A stretch of DNA of 64,000 nucleotides from Octopus bimaculoides. Its lineage: Eukaryota. Location of the stretch: NCBI RefSeq assembly GCF_001194135.2, contig NC_068984.1, positions 140,564,046 through 140,628,045 of the forward strand, given 5' to 3'. Below, one piece after another: positions 54,702 through 64,000 of this stretch (its first letter is position 1; the number at the start of each line of letters is the position of its first letter). The translations under genes were made by a program, and so were the position numbers. The notes under the pieces are model-generated. The model worked only from the letters and a program-made list of their open reading frames with translations, did no database searches and had not been told where the DNA came from.

Positions 54702-55690
54702 TCAAGTGTCATAAATCACAATGACTGTGATGCTCCGCCCTTGCCAATTCTGTGGGGCAGAGCATGTCACTGTGAGGATTTTTATTCGGTCCATCCTGTT
54801 AAACAACAGGGTGGCCACCACTTCTTTAGGGTCAACCTCCGGTAGTAGTACTTCATTAATTATAACGCGGGAAGTTCTCTTCCCCATATACGTTGGCAGA
54901 AATACCACCTCTTTGGTTTTAAGGGGACACAGGGAATGCCCGCGGCCCATCTCTTCCCCTGAGAAACGAACCTCAACAGTACCATATGCCCGCCCCCTTG
55001 AGATATACACCGCATCTTTCCATATCGGGGACAAGCATTTTTCAATAATATTTTTATCAAAGTGTTTAAACCTTTTGTCCTTTAGACAGAAGGTTTTAAA
55101 CACTACGGTCCGTTTCTCAGTGTCCAAAACACTGGAGGAGGGTGATATCGTAACATCACCACCCTCCTCCTTTATTCTTTTAAACATGTCTTTTAATTCT
55201 TGAATATTTATCTCAATATTTTCCGTTGCCACTGCGGCAACCGTGGAGAATTTTTTTTGGCTATTATACTCACTCTCTGCTCGAGTATTATCTCTACCGA
55301 CATAATTCGGTTGGTGTATTAACATAAAATTAAAAAATTTAATTGGTTTCCCACACAAACTGGGAAACCTATAAAAAAAGTTTTCCTCTTAAAGAGTACA
55401 AAATTGTTCAAATCCCACCCCCGTTAGGGGGAGGGGCACAAAAAATAGTCTAGAAAGACTATTCAGAGTTCACAAAATAAAATAAAATGTTTTAACAAAA
55501 TGCTGCAATGGCCAGCAACTACAATAATTTTTGTAATTATTTTCCGGTAGAACCAGGAAATAAAACAGTTCAACAGTTTTTTTCTACGATAATTTCTTCG
55601 TTCAACAGCCAAAAAATTCAATAACAGCAATAACAACAACAAAATACTTACCGAGAGCCAGTAAAAACTACCTCTTCACTGTAGTGAGGG
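54702..55690 (-). mobile_element. L1/Tx1-like 5' UTR plus ORF1 (copy 2; ORF 54702-55358, 218 aa)
   Basis: KRTVVFKTF...IIEKCLSPIW...RGRAYGTVEVRF...FLPTYMGKRTSRV; homologous to copies 1 and 3. Assignment as ORF1 is inferred from the adjacent knuckle/RT in copy 1. Confidence 0.65.
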
Positions 55691-55859
55691 AAGGAAGCTT
55701 CTTACCACCCAGCCATACCTGTGCCTAATTCTTGATATTTTTTCCGTTTGTGAATTTGTTAGTAAGCTTCAATGGATTCAGTGTTGTAACTTCGTTTATC
55801 AGTCACAACTGGCTTTTGCAGTGAGCATGAAGGCAGCCATACCATATATCCCATTGCAT

Positions 55860-56215
55860 CATCACTTTTCTAAGGTCTTTGCTTGGATAAGAAAGAATCC
55901 CGGCTCTTCTTCCTCCCATGAATCAATTCCCAAATGGTTTCTCTGGCAGGCATGGTATGCATCTTTGAGTGTCAGAGCAAGCTGCAACCATCTTCTATTT
56001 TTGTTGGCCAACTGAGGGAAGTGGGGATTACTAAAGAGTTGCTCATTGATAAGCTTCAGCCTTAAGCTTCCCATGAATGCCAACCAGAGCCCCTGAGTGT
56101 AGCAACCATCAACAGACTTGGTTATGGACACAGTGACTGTCCAAGATTCACACCTGTAAAGGAGGATTGTTGTGATTCTTGTTGTAAAAATCCTCTTCTT
56201 GAGTGCTTTCCACAC
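55860..56215 (-). mobile_element. RTE/RTE-X LINE fragment
   Basis: ILLYRCESWTVT..ITKSVDGCYTQ.L..A. Confidence 0.75.
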
Positions 56216-56374
56216 CCGTTAATGCTTCTTCTATCAGAATCTGCTATAAATAATACTCAGTGCCTGAAGTTAGAAGACTCGCTTACATGGGCCATCTTCA
56301 TTGACCTTGAACAGATTCTCGTCAACTGTGTCACAGACCATACAACTTGATGTCGCTAAAGGTAATTTGACTTT

Positions 56375-56600
56375 CTGAATGAGATCTTACATCTTAAAAT
56401 TACAAGAGTCAGAGAATCTCTTTCCACACTCCTTGCACTAGAATGGTTTTCCATTTCTATAGATTCTTTTAAGTTGAATTCCAAGAGCCAGAGATTGTCT
56501 TCCAACATTCTCTACTTTAGAATGGTTTCTTTACTCTATTTTTTTGACTATAATTGGTAAAGTAAAAACCATATCGTTATGGAATACATAAAACTTTTTT
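56375..56600 (-). pseudogene. Decayed C2H2 zinc-finger array (copy 2)
   Basis: GKPF*CKECGKRFSDSCNF; shares flank AAGTAAAAACCA.A.C.TTATGGAATACATA with 54480-54510. Confidence 0.7.
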
Positions 56601-56714
56601 TGTTGCCTAACTGGCCTTCTGGGTGGCACCAGCACGAGTGCTTTCTACATATAGCCAGCATGGGTGCTTTTTTTTTAATGTGATTCCAGCTTTGGTCCTC
56701 TTTGTTATGTGATG

Positions 56715-56870
56715 CTAGCATGGGTGCATTTGTTGATGTTGTTTCAATTCTTGCTTTATTGTTTCAACTACGGAACAAACTAAACCAGGCCACCATATTA
56801 AAATTCTTTGCTTTTTTTTTACTGTTTGGTGAATGTCTAAGTGGTTGTGTATTTTAAGAATACTTGCTCT
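56715..56870 (-). mobile_element. Possible Gypsy-type integrase zinc-binding fragment
   Basis: LKIHNHLDIHQTVKKKQRILIWWPGLVCSV; short motif resemblance only. Confidence 0.4.
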
Positions 56871-57479
56871 GGATACTTCATTTTTGTATTTGATTTGCAA
56901 AATTCTTGATGTGAATTCGTGTGTTGAAACAAATCTTGTCTTGGGTGGGGTGGGTCATTATGCCAATAATAATAAACACACACGCAGGTTCAATATCACT
57001 TCTTTATTGTTAGTCAGTTGGTTAAATACCTAACCAATTAACTAATTGATCATTTGTTTAATGTGCTGGTTAAACCGTTGGTTGTATGTCAAAAGTCCTT
57101 TTCCATGGCTTGCCCTCTCTCTTAAAGGTCTGCCTAACAATACCGAAATGATATTGAACCTGTGTGTGTGTTATTATTGGATAGTTCTAGAATAAATGGT
57201 ATATTTTTATGACAGATCCAACCCTTTTCAGTACTTAACCAAATTGATCATATCTGCTTATTCATTCCCTATCCCTACTTCATTAAAAAAAAAAAATTAA
57301 TAATTTCTAACATTATTTACATTATTTACATTTCATGAATATTTGTCCTCATCTTGTTTGTTTCTAAATTTAAAATTTTTTTGTTAAACCTAGAACATCT
57401 GTCAGTATGTGGCATCAATTTACCTGAAACAAATTCTTTGTAAAGTTCTTCATGATGTATCAGAGTTCTTTATAAATGA

Positions 57480-57670
57480 AATTTTTAAAAGTTTATGTTA
57501 TCCAGTTGGACAACTTGTCTGGTCCAGTGCATCTCTTCTATGGCAGATGTCCTGTTCTTCCATAGCAGCCATTGCTTTCTCATCTGATATTTGGTTTCTT
57601 CTACAAGTTGATTGGTCAATACTCTTCTTCCTCTGCTGGTACTTATATGTCCATGCATGGGTTTCCTTGA
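57480..57670 (-). mobile_element. RTE/RTE-X LINE C-terminal fragment
   Basis: KPMHGHISTSRGRRVLTNQLVEET...AMAAMEEQDI. Confidence 0.55.
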
Positions 57671-57889
57671 TGGTCTGCTATTCTTAAAGTGGGCCGAAGG
57701 GTGGTGCCAGGCAAGGCTGGAGAGCTGCACCAGGCTCCATTGTCTGTTTTGCCATAGTTTCTGTGTTTCAATTCCCTTCGTTAGCACGCCGGGCAAAATG
57801 CTTAACGGTATTTCGTCCATCTTCACATTCTGAGTTCAAATTCTGCTGAGCTTCACTTCGCCTCTCATCCTTTCGGGGTTGAGCATTTG

Positions 57890-59130
57890 GCCTTTCCAAT
57901 TCGTCGGCTCCTTCTTCCTCATGCCTAGGATTGACAATTTTCCTTCCACATCATAAATCACAGCTGCTACCCACATAACTTCATATCCCACAGGTATCTC
58001 TTCAACCGTTACTTTTGCCGTTCGATGACCCAAATATGTTGGTAGCAACATCATCATCATCATCGTCGTTTAACGTCCGCTTTCCATGCTAGCATGGGTT
58101 GGACGATTTGACTGAGGACTGGTGAGACCGGATGGCAACACCAGGCTCCAATCTAATTTGGCAGAGTTTCTACAGCTGGATGCCCTTCCTAACGCCAACC
58201 ACTCAGAGAGTGTAGTGGGTGCTTTTACGTGTCACCCGCACGAAAACGGCCACGCTAGAAATGGTGTCTTTTATGTGCCACCCGCACAAGCCTGTCCAGC
58301 GGCNNNNNNNNNNCTCAAAATGGTGCATCTCATGTGCCACCCGCACAAGAGCCAGTCCAGGGACACTGGCAACGATCTTAATCTCGTCATTTTTTAGTGT
58401 TTGAGTAGAGATTTCTTTTGCTACATTAGCCGACTCGAAATGTTCTTCTATTGTAGCGCTTCTTACTCAATGGCTAACGTAGCGAATTTATTCCATATTG
58501 GTGCCATACACCGTTCAATGACTTCATTTTTAACTTCAGTGATTTCTTTTATCTTTGATATTGTAAACTTTATAAACAACAGTTTTTTCTCGAATAGCCT
58601 GAACAGTTTTGGGGGGCAGTGCCAACTTCGTTTCTTAACCGGTTTTGATAATTAAATTTCCGAACTGGAAGAGCTTCTCCATAGCTGCTTCCAGTTCAAC
58701 GATATTTCCGCCTATGGCAGCCGAAAAACTTTGCTCTTCCCGTGTTTCCTTTGTATTATCAGCGTTGTCTTTCCTTCCTTCCATCTCGGGAAATCCTTGT
58801 TAGCTGTGAGGTTGTATTCCATATTATTGAACTTGTCACAAAAGACAAGAAAAACTGTCACAAATGACAGAATAAACATTTTCAAAACTTAACCTGTAAA
58901 GGTTCACAAAAACAGAAATTTTCTGCCCCGTAGGGTGAAAATTACTGTATGTCAAAGAGACAACAGTTCAAAATATGTAAAAATGCAAATAACACAAAAG
59001 ACACGAACAGAAGCGAACTCACACCACAGTTATGTAGCAGCAGAAAAAAAGACAACGCAGATTCCAGAAAAATTGTTCGGCTTGAGGTGGCATTGCCAAA
59101 TTCCCGTTCGAAATATATAGTTTTCAAAGT
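57890..59130 (-). mobile_element. L1/Tx1-like 5' UTR plus ORF1 (copy 3), split by an RTE tail at about 58050-58395
   Basis: REKTVVYKVY...VIERCMAPIW upstream of the insertion and LLPTYLGHRTAKVTVEEIP...TNWKG downstream. Confidence 0.65.
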
Positions 59131-60253
59131 GACAACTAGTCACTGATTTATAAATTAGAAAATTACTATTTTTAAATGTCACAACGAGAAATATTCAGCA
59201 ACAGTACTTTGGAGTAAAGATCGTTTGCCAACTTAACATGGCAAGTGGATACGATGTCTCCTGGGGCTAAATTACAGCATTAGCAGCCCTAAACCAGGAC
59301 TGCCATGTTATGTTGGCTAATAATCTTTACCATATAATTTGTATGTTCAATTACAATTATGACAACTAATATGTGCTGTTTTTATATTTCTTAACTGTAG
59401 TTTTCTTATTGTATGATTTATTCTTACTAAAAAATTTTTTTCTTCGTTTATGCTGGTTTTCCCCATAAGAAAATCAATATTTCAGAGAAAGTTTGTTGTT
59501 GGTCGTTAATCAGCAGCAAGCTGGCAGAATCATTAGCACGCTGCACAAAATGCCTCGTGGCATTTCGTCTGTCTTTATGTTCTGAGTTCAAATTTCGCCA
59601 AGGTCAGCTTTGCTTTTCATTTTTTCGGGGTCAATAAAATAAGTATCAGTTGAGCACTGGGATCAATATAATTAGCTTAACACTTGCTGGCCATGTGCTA
59701 ACATTTGAAACCAATAGTGATACTAATTCTGTATTCATTTAAATATGGATGATTATGAAGGAATTCCAATNNNNNNNNNNNNNNNNNNNNNNNNNNNNNN
59801 NNNNNNNNNNNNNNNNNNNNNNNNNNNNNNNNNNNNNNNNNNNNNNNNNNNNNNNNNNNNNNNNNNNNNNNNNNNNNNNNNNNNNNNNNNNNNNNNNNNN
59901 NNNNNNNNNNNNNNNNNNNNNNNNNNNNNNNNNNNNNNNNNNNNNNNNNNNNNNNNNNNNNNNNNNNNNNNNNNNNNNNNNNNNNNNNNNNNNNNNNNNN
60001 NNNNNNNNNNNNNNNNNNNNNNNNNNNNNNNNAACATCCAAAAAGGGTTCTGTTTGAAAATAAAAAGATCCTGCAGTGATATTCAACCAATGAATTCTGA
60101 ATTGGTGGTCAAATATTTTATCCAGTTATCACATTTCAATACCGAACCCCCTGATATTGCTCCTGGTTCTTTGATGCAAACTTTCTGCTTTAAAGTGGTC
60201 TTAAATTAAAACCTTCCATCAAAATTTTACATTAACACGTTAACTGCCACATG

Positions 60254-61192
60254 TACAGGGTGGGGCAGAGAGGACGGATATTTTTGAAAAATTCACAAAA
60301 TCATTTATTTTAGCTGCAAACAAATTTTATTGACATCAATGTGTTTGTATTGAATTAACATTTGTCAAAATCAAGTGTGGAAAACAACATCTACCATGTG
60401 GTGTCTGCCTTCATTGATGCATTTCTGAATGCATTCTTGGAAGTTGGCCTCCACTCTCTCCGGCATTGCTCTGTCGATTTGGGCGACTTCACTGTGAATA
60501 GTTTCCTTCAAATCATCCAATGAACAGGGCTTATCCGCATACACAAGTGCCTTGAGGTTTCCCCACAAGAAATAATCACACATGGACAAATCAGGGTACT
60601 CAGGGGGCCAAGGAATGTCAGCAAACCTGGAAACGAGGTGGTCATTGAAGCAAGGGCGAAGAACGTCCAGCGATGCTCTGGCTGTGTGGACCGTCACCCC
60701 ATCCTGCTGAAATCACATATGTTGAATAGGCCTGTTTTTGTCGTAATTCAAGCACAAAGAAGTTGTTTATCATCTCGATGTAACACTCGGAGTCCACAGT
60801 AACAACATTTCCATTATTGTCTTCAAAAGAGTCAAAAACCAATGATGGCAGCTTTTCCAACAGCACACCAGACTGTCACTTTTGGGCTGTGCAGTGGTCT
60901 TTTCTGCAGTTCTCTCAAATTTTCAAGAGCCCAATAGTGACAGTTCTGTTGATTCACCATGACATTGAGATGAAAATTAGCTTCATCAGTCATTAGCAAA
61001 ATGGGGTTGTCATTTGCCTCATAAATCGCTTCCATCTGATGTGCAAAGTTAAGCCACCATGGCTTCACCTGAAAAGGAAAACGATGCTAAGACACCACAA
61101 ACCGAATGGTACCTGTTGGACATATGTCCCTCCCCCCTGGGGCTGAGTAATAGCCATTTCAAAAACGTCTGTCCTCTCTGCACCACCAGTGG
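60254..61192 (-). mobile_element. Tc1/mariner-superfamily DNA transposon remnant with both TIRs
   Basis: TIR CAGGGTGGGGCAGAGAGGACGGATATTTTTGAAA and imperfect inverse at 61158-61190; transposase fragments TDEANFHL, PLHSPKVTVWCAV, QQDG-like, WPPEYPDLSMCDYFLWG. Confidence 0.88.
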
Positions 61193-62704
61193 TATATTTT
61201 CATAATTTGAGAAAATATTTTGTTCTGTGTTTCTGCCATTGTTTTCAGAATATTTAAATAAGATGAGTACTAAATATTAAAGTTTAATTATGAAATATTG
61301 TAAAAATGCAAAAAAACTCAATTTCCTTGTATGTAGTGTGAGCAGAAGCATGTGACGTTACTGCAAGTTCCATTAACAGGCCATCGTGGTTAACATGGTA
61401 ATTTGTTTTAAACACCTGCTTAATAAATGAGTTATTTGACTAAATTCTTTATTTTCAAAATAAATTGAAACAAACAGTGGTGTCATTTCAACAGAAAAAT
61501 GGCAACAGAAAGGTGAAGCCAGTTTACTCCTCTAATTAAATGGTGACTTAATTATATTATTTAACATTTTTTTTTTTTTTTACATATTTTGTTTAATTTG
61601 GATTTTATTTATTTTTAAAAATTTGTTTCCAATTTTATTTCTGCATCAGTTGTATGTATAAGTTAAAAATAAAAAAAAGCTGGTATGACATTGACATGAC
61701 TACTCCATAAAGAATTTATTGTCTCTGGTAAGCTGAGTCAGCCATGCAAGTTCAATTCCCAGTTAAGTCAGTTCATTTAATTTACTCTTTGTACCTGTGA
61801 TTTTCAGCTGTAATTAATTTGTTTGGAGATGGATGAGATCCACCAAGCTGACTAGCCCTAAATTAAACTAAATAACAATGGCCTTCGTGTGGCTCTGCCA
61901 TGAAATTCCCCATCATGTAAATAACTTCTTTGTGACTTTGAATGATTTATTTTTCAGTTTGTTTCCTATTTTTGTATCTCCAAAAGGGACTTTGTAATAA
62001 ATAAAAGTGATGAATATACAACTGACATATATTTTCATGACAAAAGCACAAAAAAACTCCAAATAAATAAATAAAAGAAAAATGATATTGTCTGTTTTCT
62101 TGTCTTTTTTAATGTAATTTGTTTGTATAACTTATATGTAATTTAGGCATTGTGCTAATATTAACTATTGGTGTAGTTGTTCAGGCAGTGAGCTGGCATA
62201 ATTGTTAATGCACATTTCTCATGGATTTACATTCTGAGTTCAAATCTCATCACGGTCGACTATGCCTTTCATCCTTTCAGGGTCGACAGATACCAGTTGA
62301 ATATTGGGGTCAATATAATCGACTAGTCCATTCCCCTCAGATTTTAGGCTATGTGCCTATAGTACAAAGAATTATTATTATTATTATTCGTGTGTTCACT
62401 TATTTTGTATACTATGCATGCTTTTCTCATTTCAGTTTCCTTTCCCATTTTCCCCCCGAATTATAGACTGTCCTGGAGATGTCCCCCTCATCTGTCCCTC
62501 TGTGGAAAATAAAGAAATCCTCCTCATTATTATTATTACTATTTTACATTCTCAGCTCAGTCATCTTTCATCCTCTTGGGGTCAATAAAATAAGAACCAG
62601 ATGAGCACTGGGGTTGACAAAATCAACTAGCCCCCTCCCCCCCAAATTATGGGTCTTATGCCTGTAGTATAAAAAGTTATTATTATTACTACATAAGGCA
62701 GTAG

Positions 62705-62920
62705 ATTGGCGTAGTGGTTAAGAGTGCAGGTTATTAACCCCAAGATTCCGAGTTCGATTCCAGGCAGTGACCTGAATAATAATAATATCGAAAAATACCT
62801 TAGGAATGAGAACCCAGGTTCGAAATTTCCTCCAAGACACCTGACGAAGGCTGGAGGGTATATCAGCCGAAATGTTGTGTTAACAACAAACCAGATGAGG
62901 ACAAATATCCGTCAAATGAA
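62705..62920 (+). mobile_element. tRNA-headed SINE, family E, with hammerhead-like body (copy 2)
   Basis: A box TGGCGTAGTGG, B box GAGTTCGATTCC; ACAC-CTGACGA-A-GGCTG..CAGCC-GAAAT-GTT-GTGT. Confidence 0.82.
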
Positions 62921-63514
62921 AATCATCATCATCATCGTTTAATGTCTGCTTTCCATGCTAGCATGGGTTGGATGATTTGACTGAGGACAGGTGAACCAGG
63001 TGGCTACACCAGGCTCCAATCTGATTTGGCAGAGTTTCTACAGCTGGATGCCCTTCCTAACGTCAACCACTCCAAGAGTGTAGTGGGTGCTTTTACGTGC
63101 CACCGGCATGAAGGCCAGTCAGGCGGTACTGGCAATGGCCACGCTATACATGGTGTATTTAATGTACATAATTCCTCATCTCTTAAATATAGAAGAGAAT
63201 TGTTAGTGTTGTAGAAAATGACATGTATTTGCCCTGACTTCTAACATTCAGATTACATTCACTACTCGAACTTTATTTTATCGACCCTGAAAGGATGAAA
63301 AGGCAAAGTGGATCTTGTCGGAATTTGAACTCAGAATGTGAAGAGCTGGAAGAAATGCCACTAAGCATTTTGTTCAATGCTCTACTGATTCTGCCAGCTC
63401 TCCACCTTAATGTGATGTTATTGATGATGGCAAAATACGTTACTTAAAATGACACAAAGTTAAATTATGAAAAATACCATGTTTATTTTTCTGTACAGAT
63501 GTTTACATGTATCA

Positions 63515-63685
63515 GACAGGGTGTGGCTGTGCGGTAAGAAGTTTGCTTCCTGACCACATGCTTCCAGGTTCAGTCCCACTGCGTGTGTAGCACCTTGGGT
63601 AAGTATCTTCTACTATAATAGCCTTGGGCTGACCAAAGCCTTGTGAGTGGATTTGGTAGACGGAAACTGAAAGATGCCTGCCATA
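63515..63685 (+). mobile_element. SINE family B head
   Basis: GGCTGTGCGGTAAGAAGTTTGCTTCC...CACCTTGGGTAAGTATCTTCTACTAT...GGATTTGGTAGACGGAAACTGAAAG. Confidence 0.85.
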
Positions 63686-64000
63686 TATAGTTGGTTGATC
63701 CACTACTCAGGAAGAGACTATTCTAGAGTACGTCCTGTCTGGTCTTCGAAACGTCTAGATAGAATAGAGACAGCTGATGAAGGGATATTCCAAGGGGCTT
63801 TCCGTTTTCCTATGTGTTCGTTCCGTTGTCTGTAGTTTATTGTTCTAACGTCCTGTACCCTGATATGCATGTATATACACATGTAGATGTAAGTATGTAC
63901 ATATATGTGTGTATACATGTATATATATTCTTTGTATTATTACATTATTGAACGCACACGTCCTATTTTACAAGTAAGTCTACTATTATTCTGACGTGAC

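Overview
Eukaryotic, AT-rich, repeat-dense genomic DNA with nine N gaps. The SINE/RTE repeat content and microsatellite load look like an octopod cephalopod; this is an inference and was not checked by a database search. Bases 154-29037 (+) hold 21 coding exons of an AGO-clade Argonaute gene (2,702 nt, about 900 codons, all introns GT-AG, phases consistent). Its first exon(s) lie upstream of the window. The MID 5'-phosphate pocket is intact, but the PIWI tetrad reads D-E-N-H: YRDG is YRNG, codon AAT at 22590-22592, one G-to-A change from Asp. Introns are filled with tRNA-derived SINEs, RTE-LINE 3' ends and mariner MITEs. From about 39.7 to 61.2 kb lies a block of L1/Tx1-like, RTE, Penelope-like, Tc1/mariner and C2H2-ZNF remnants, all with their coding strand on the minus strand. 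Hammerhead-ribozyme-like motifs occur at the Penelope-like element and inside a tRNA-headed SINE (two copies). Exon coordinates were counted by hand from splice sites; repeat boundaries are approximate.
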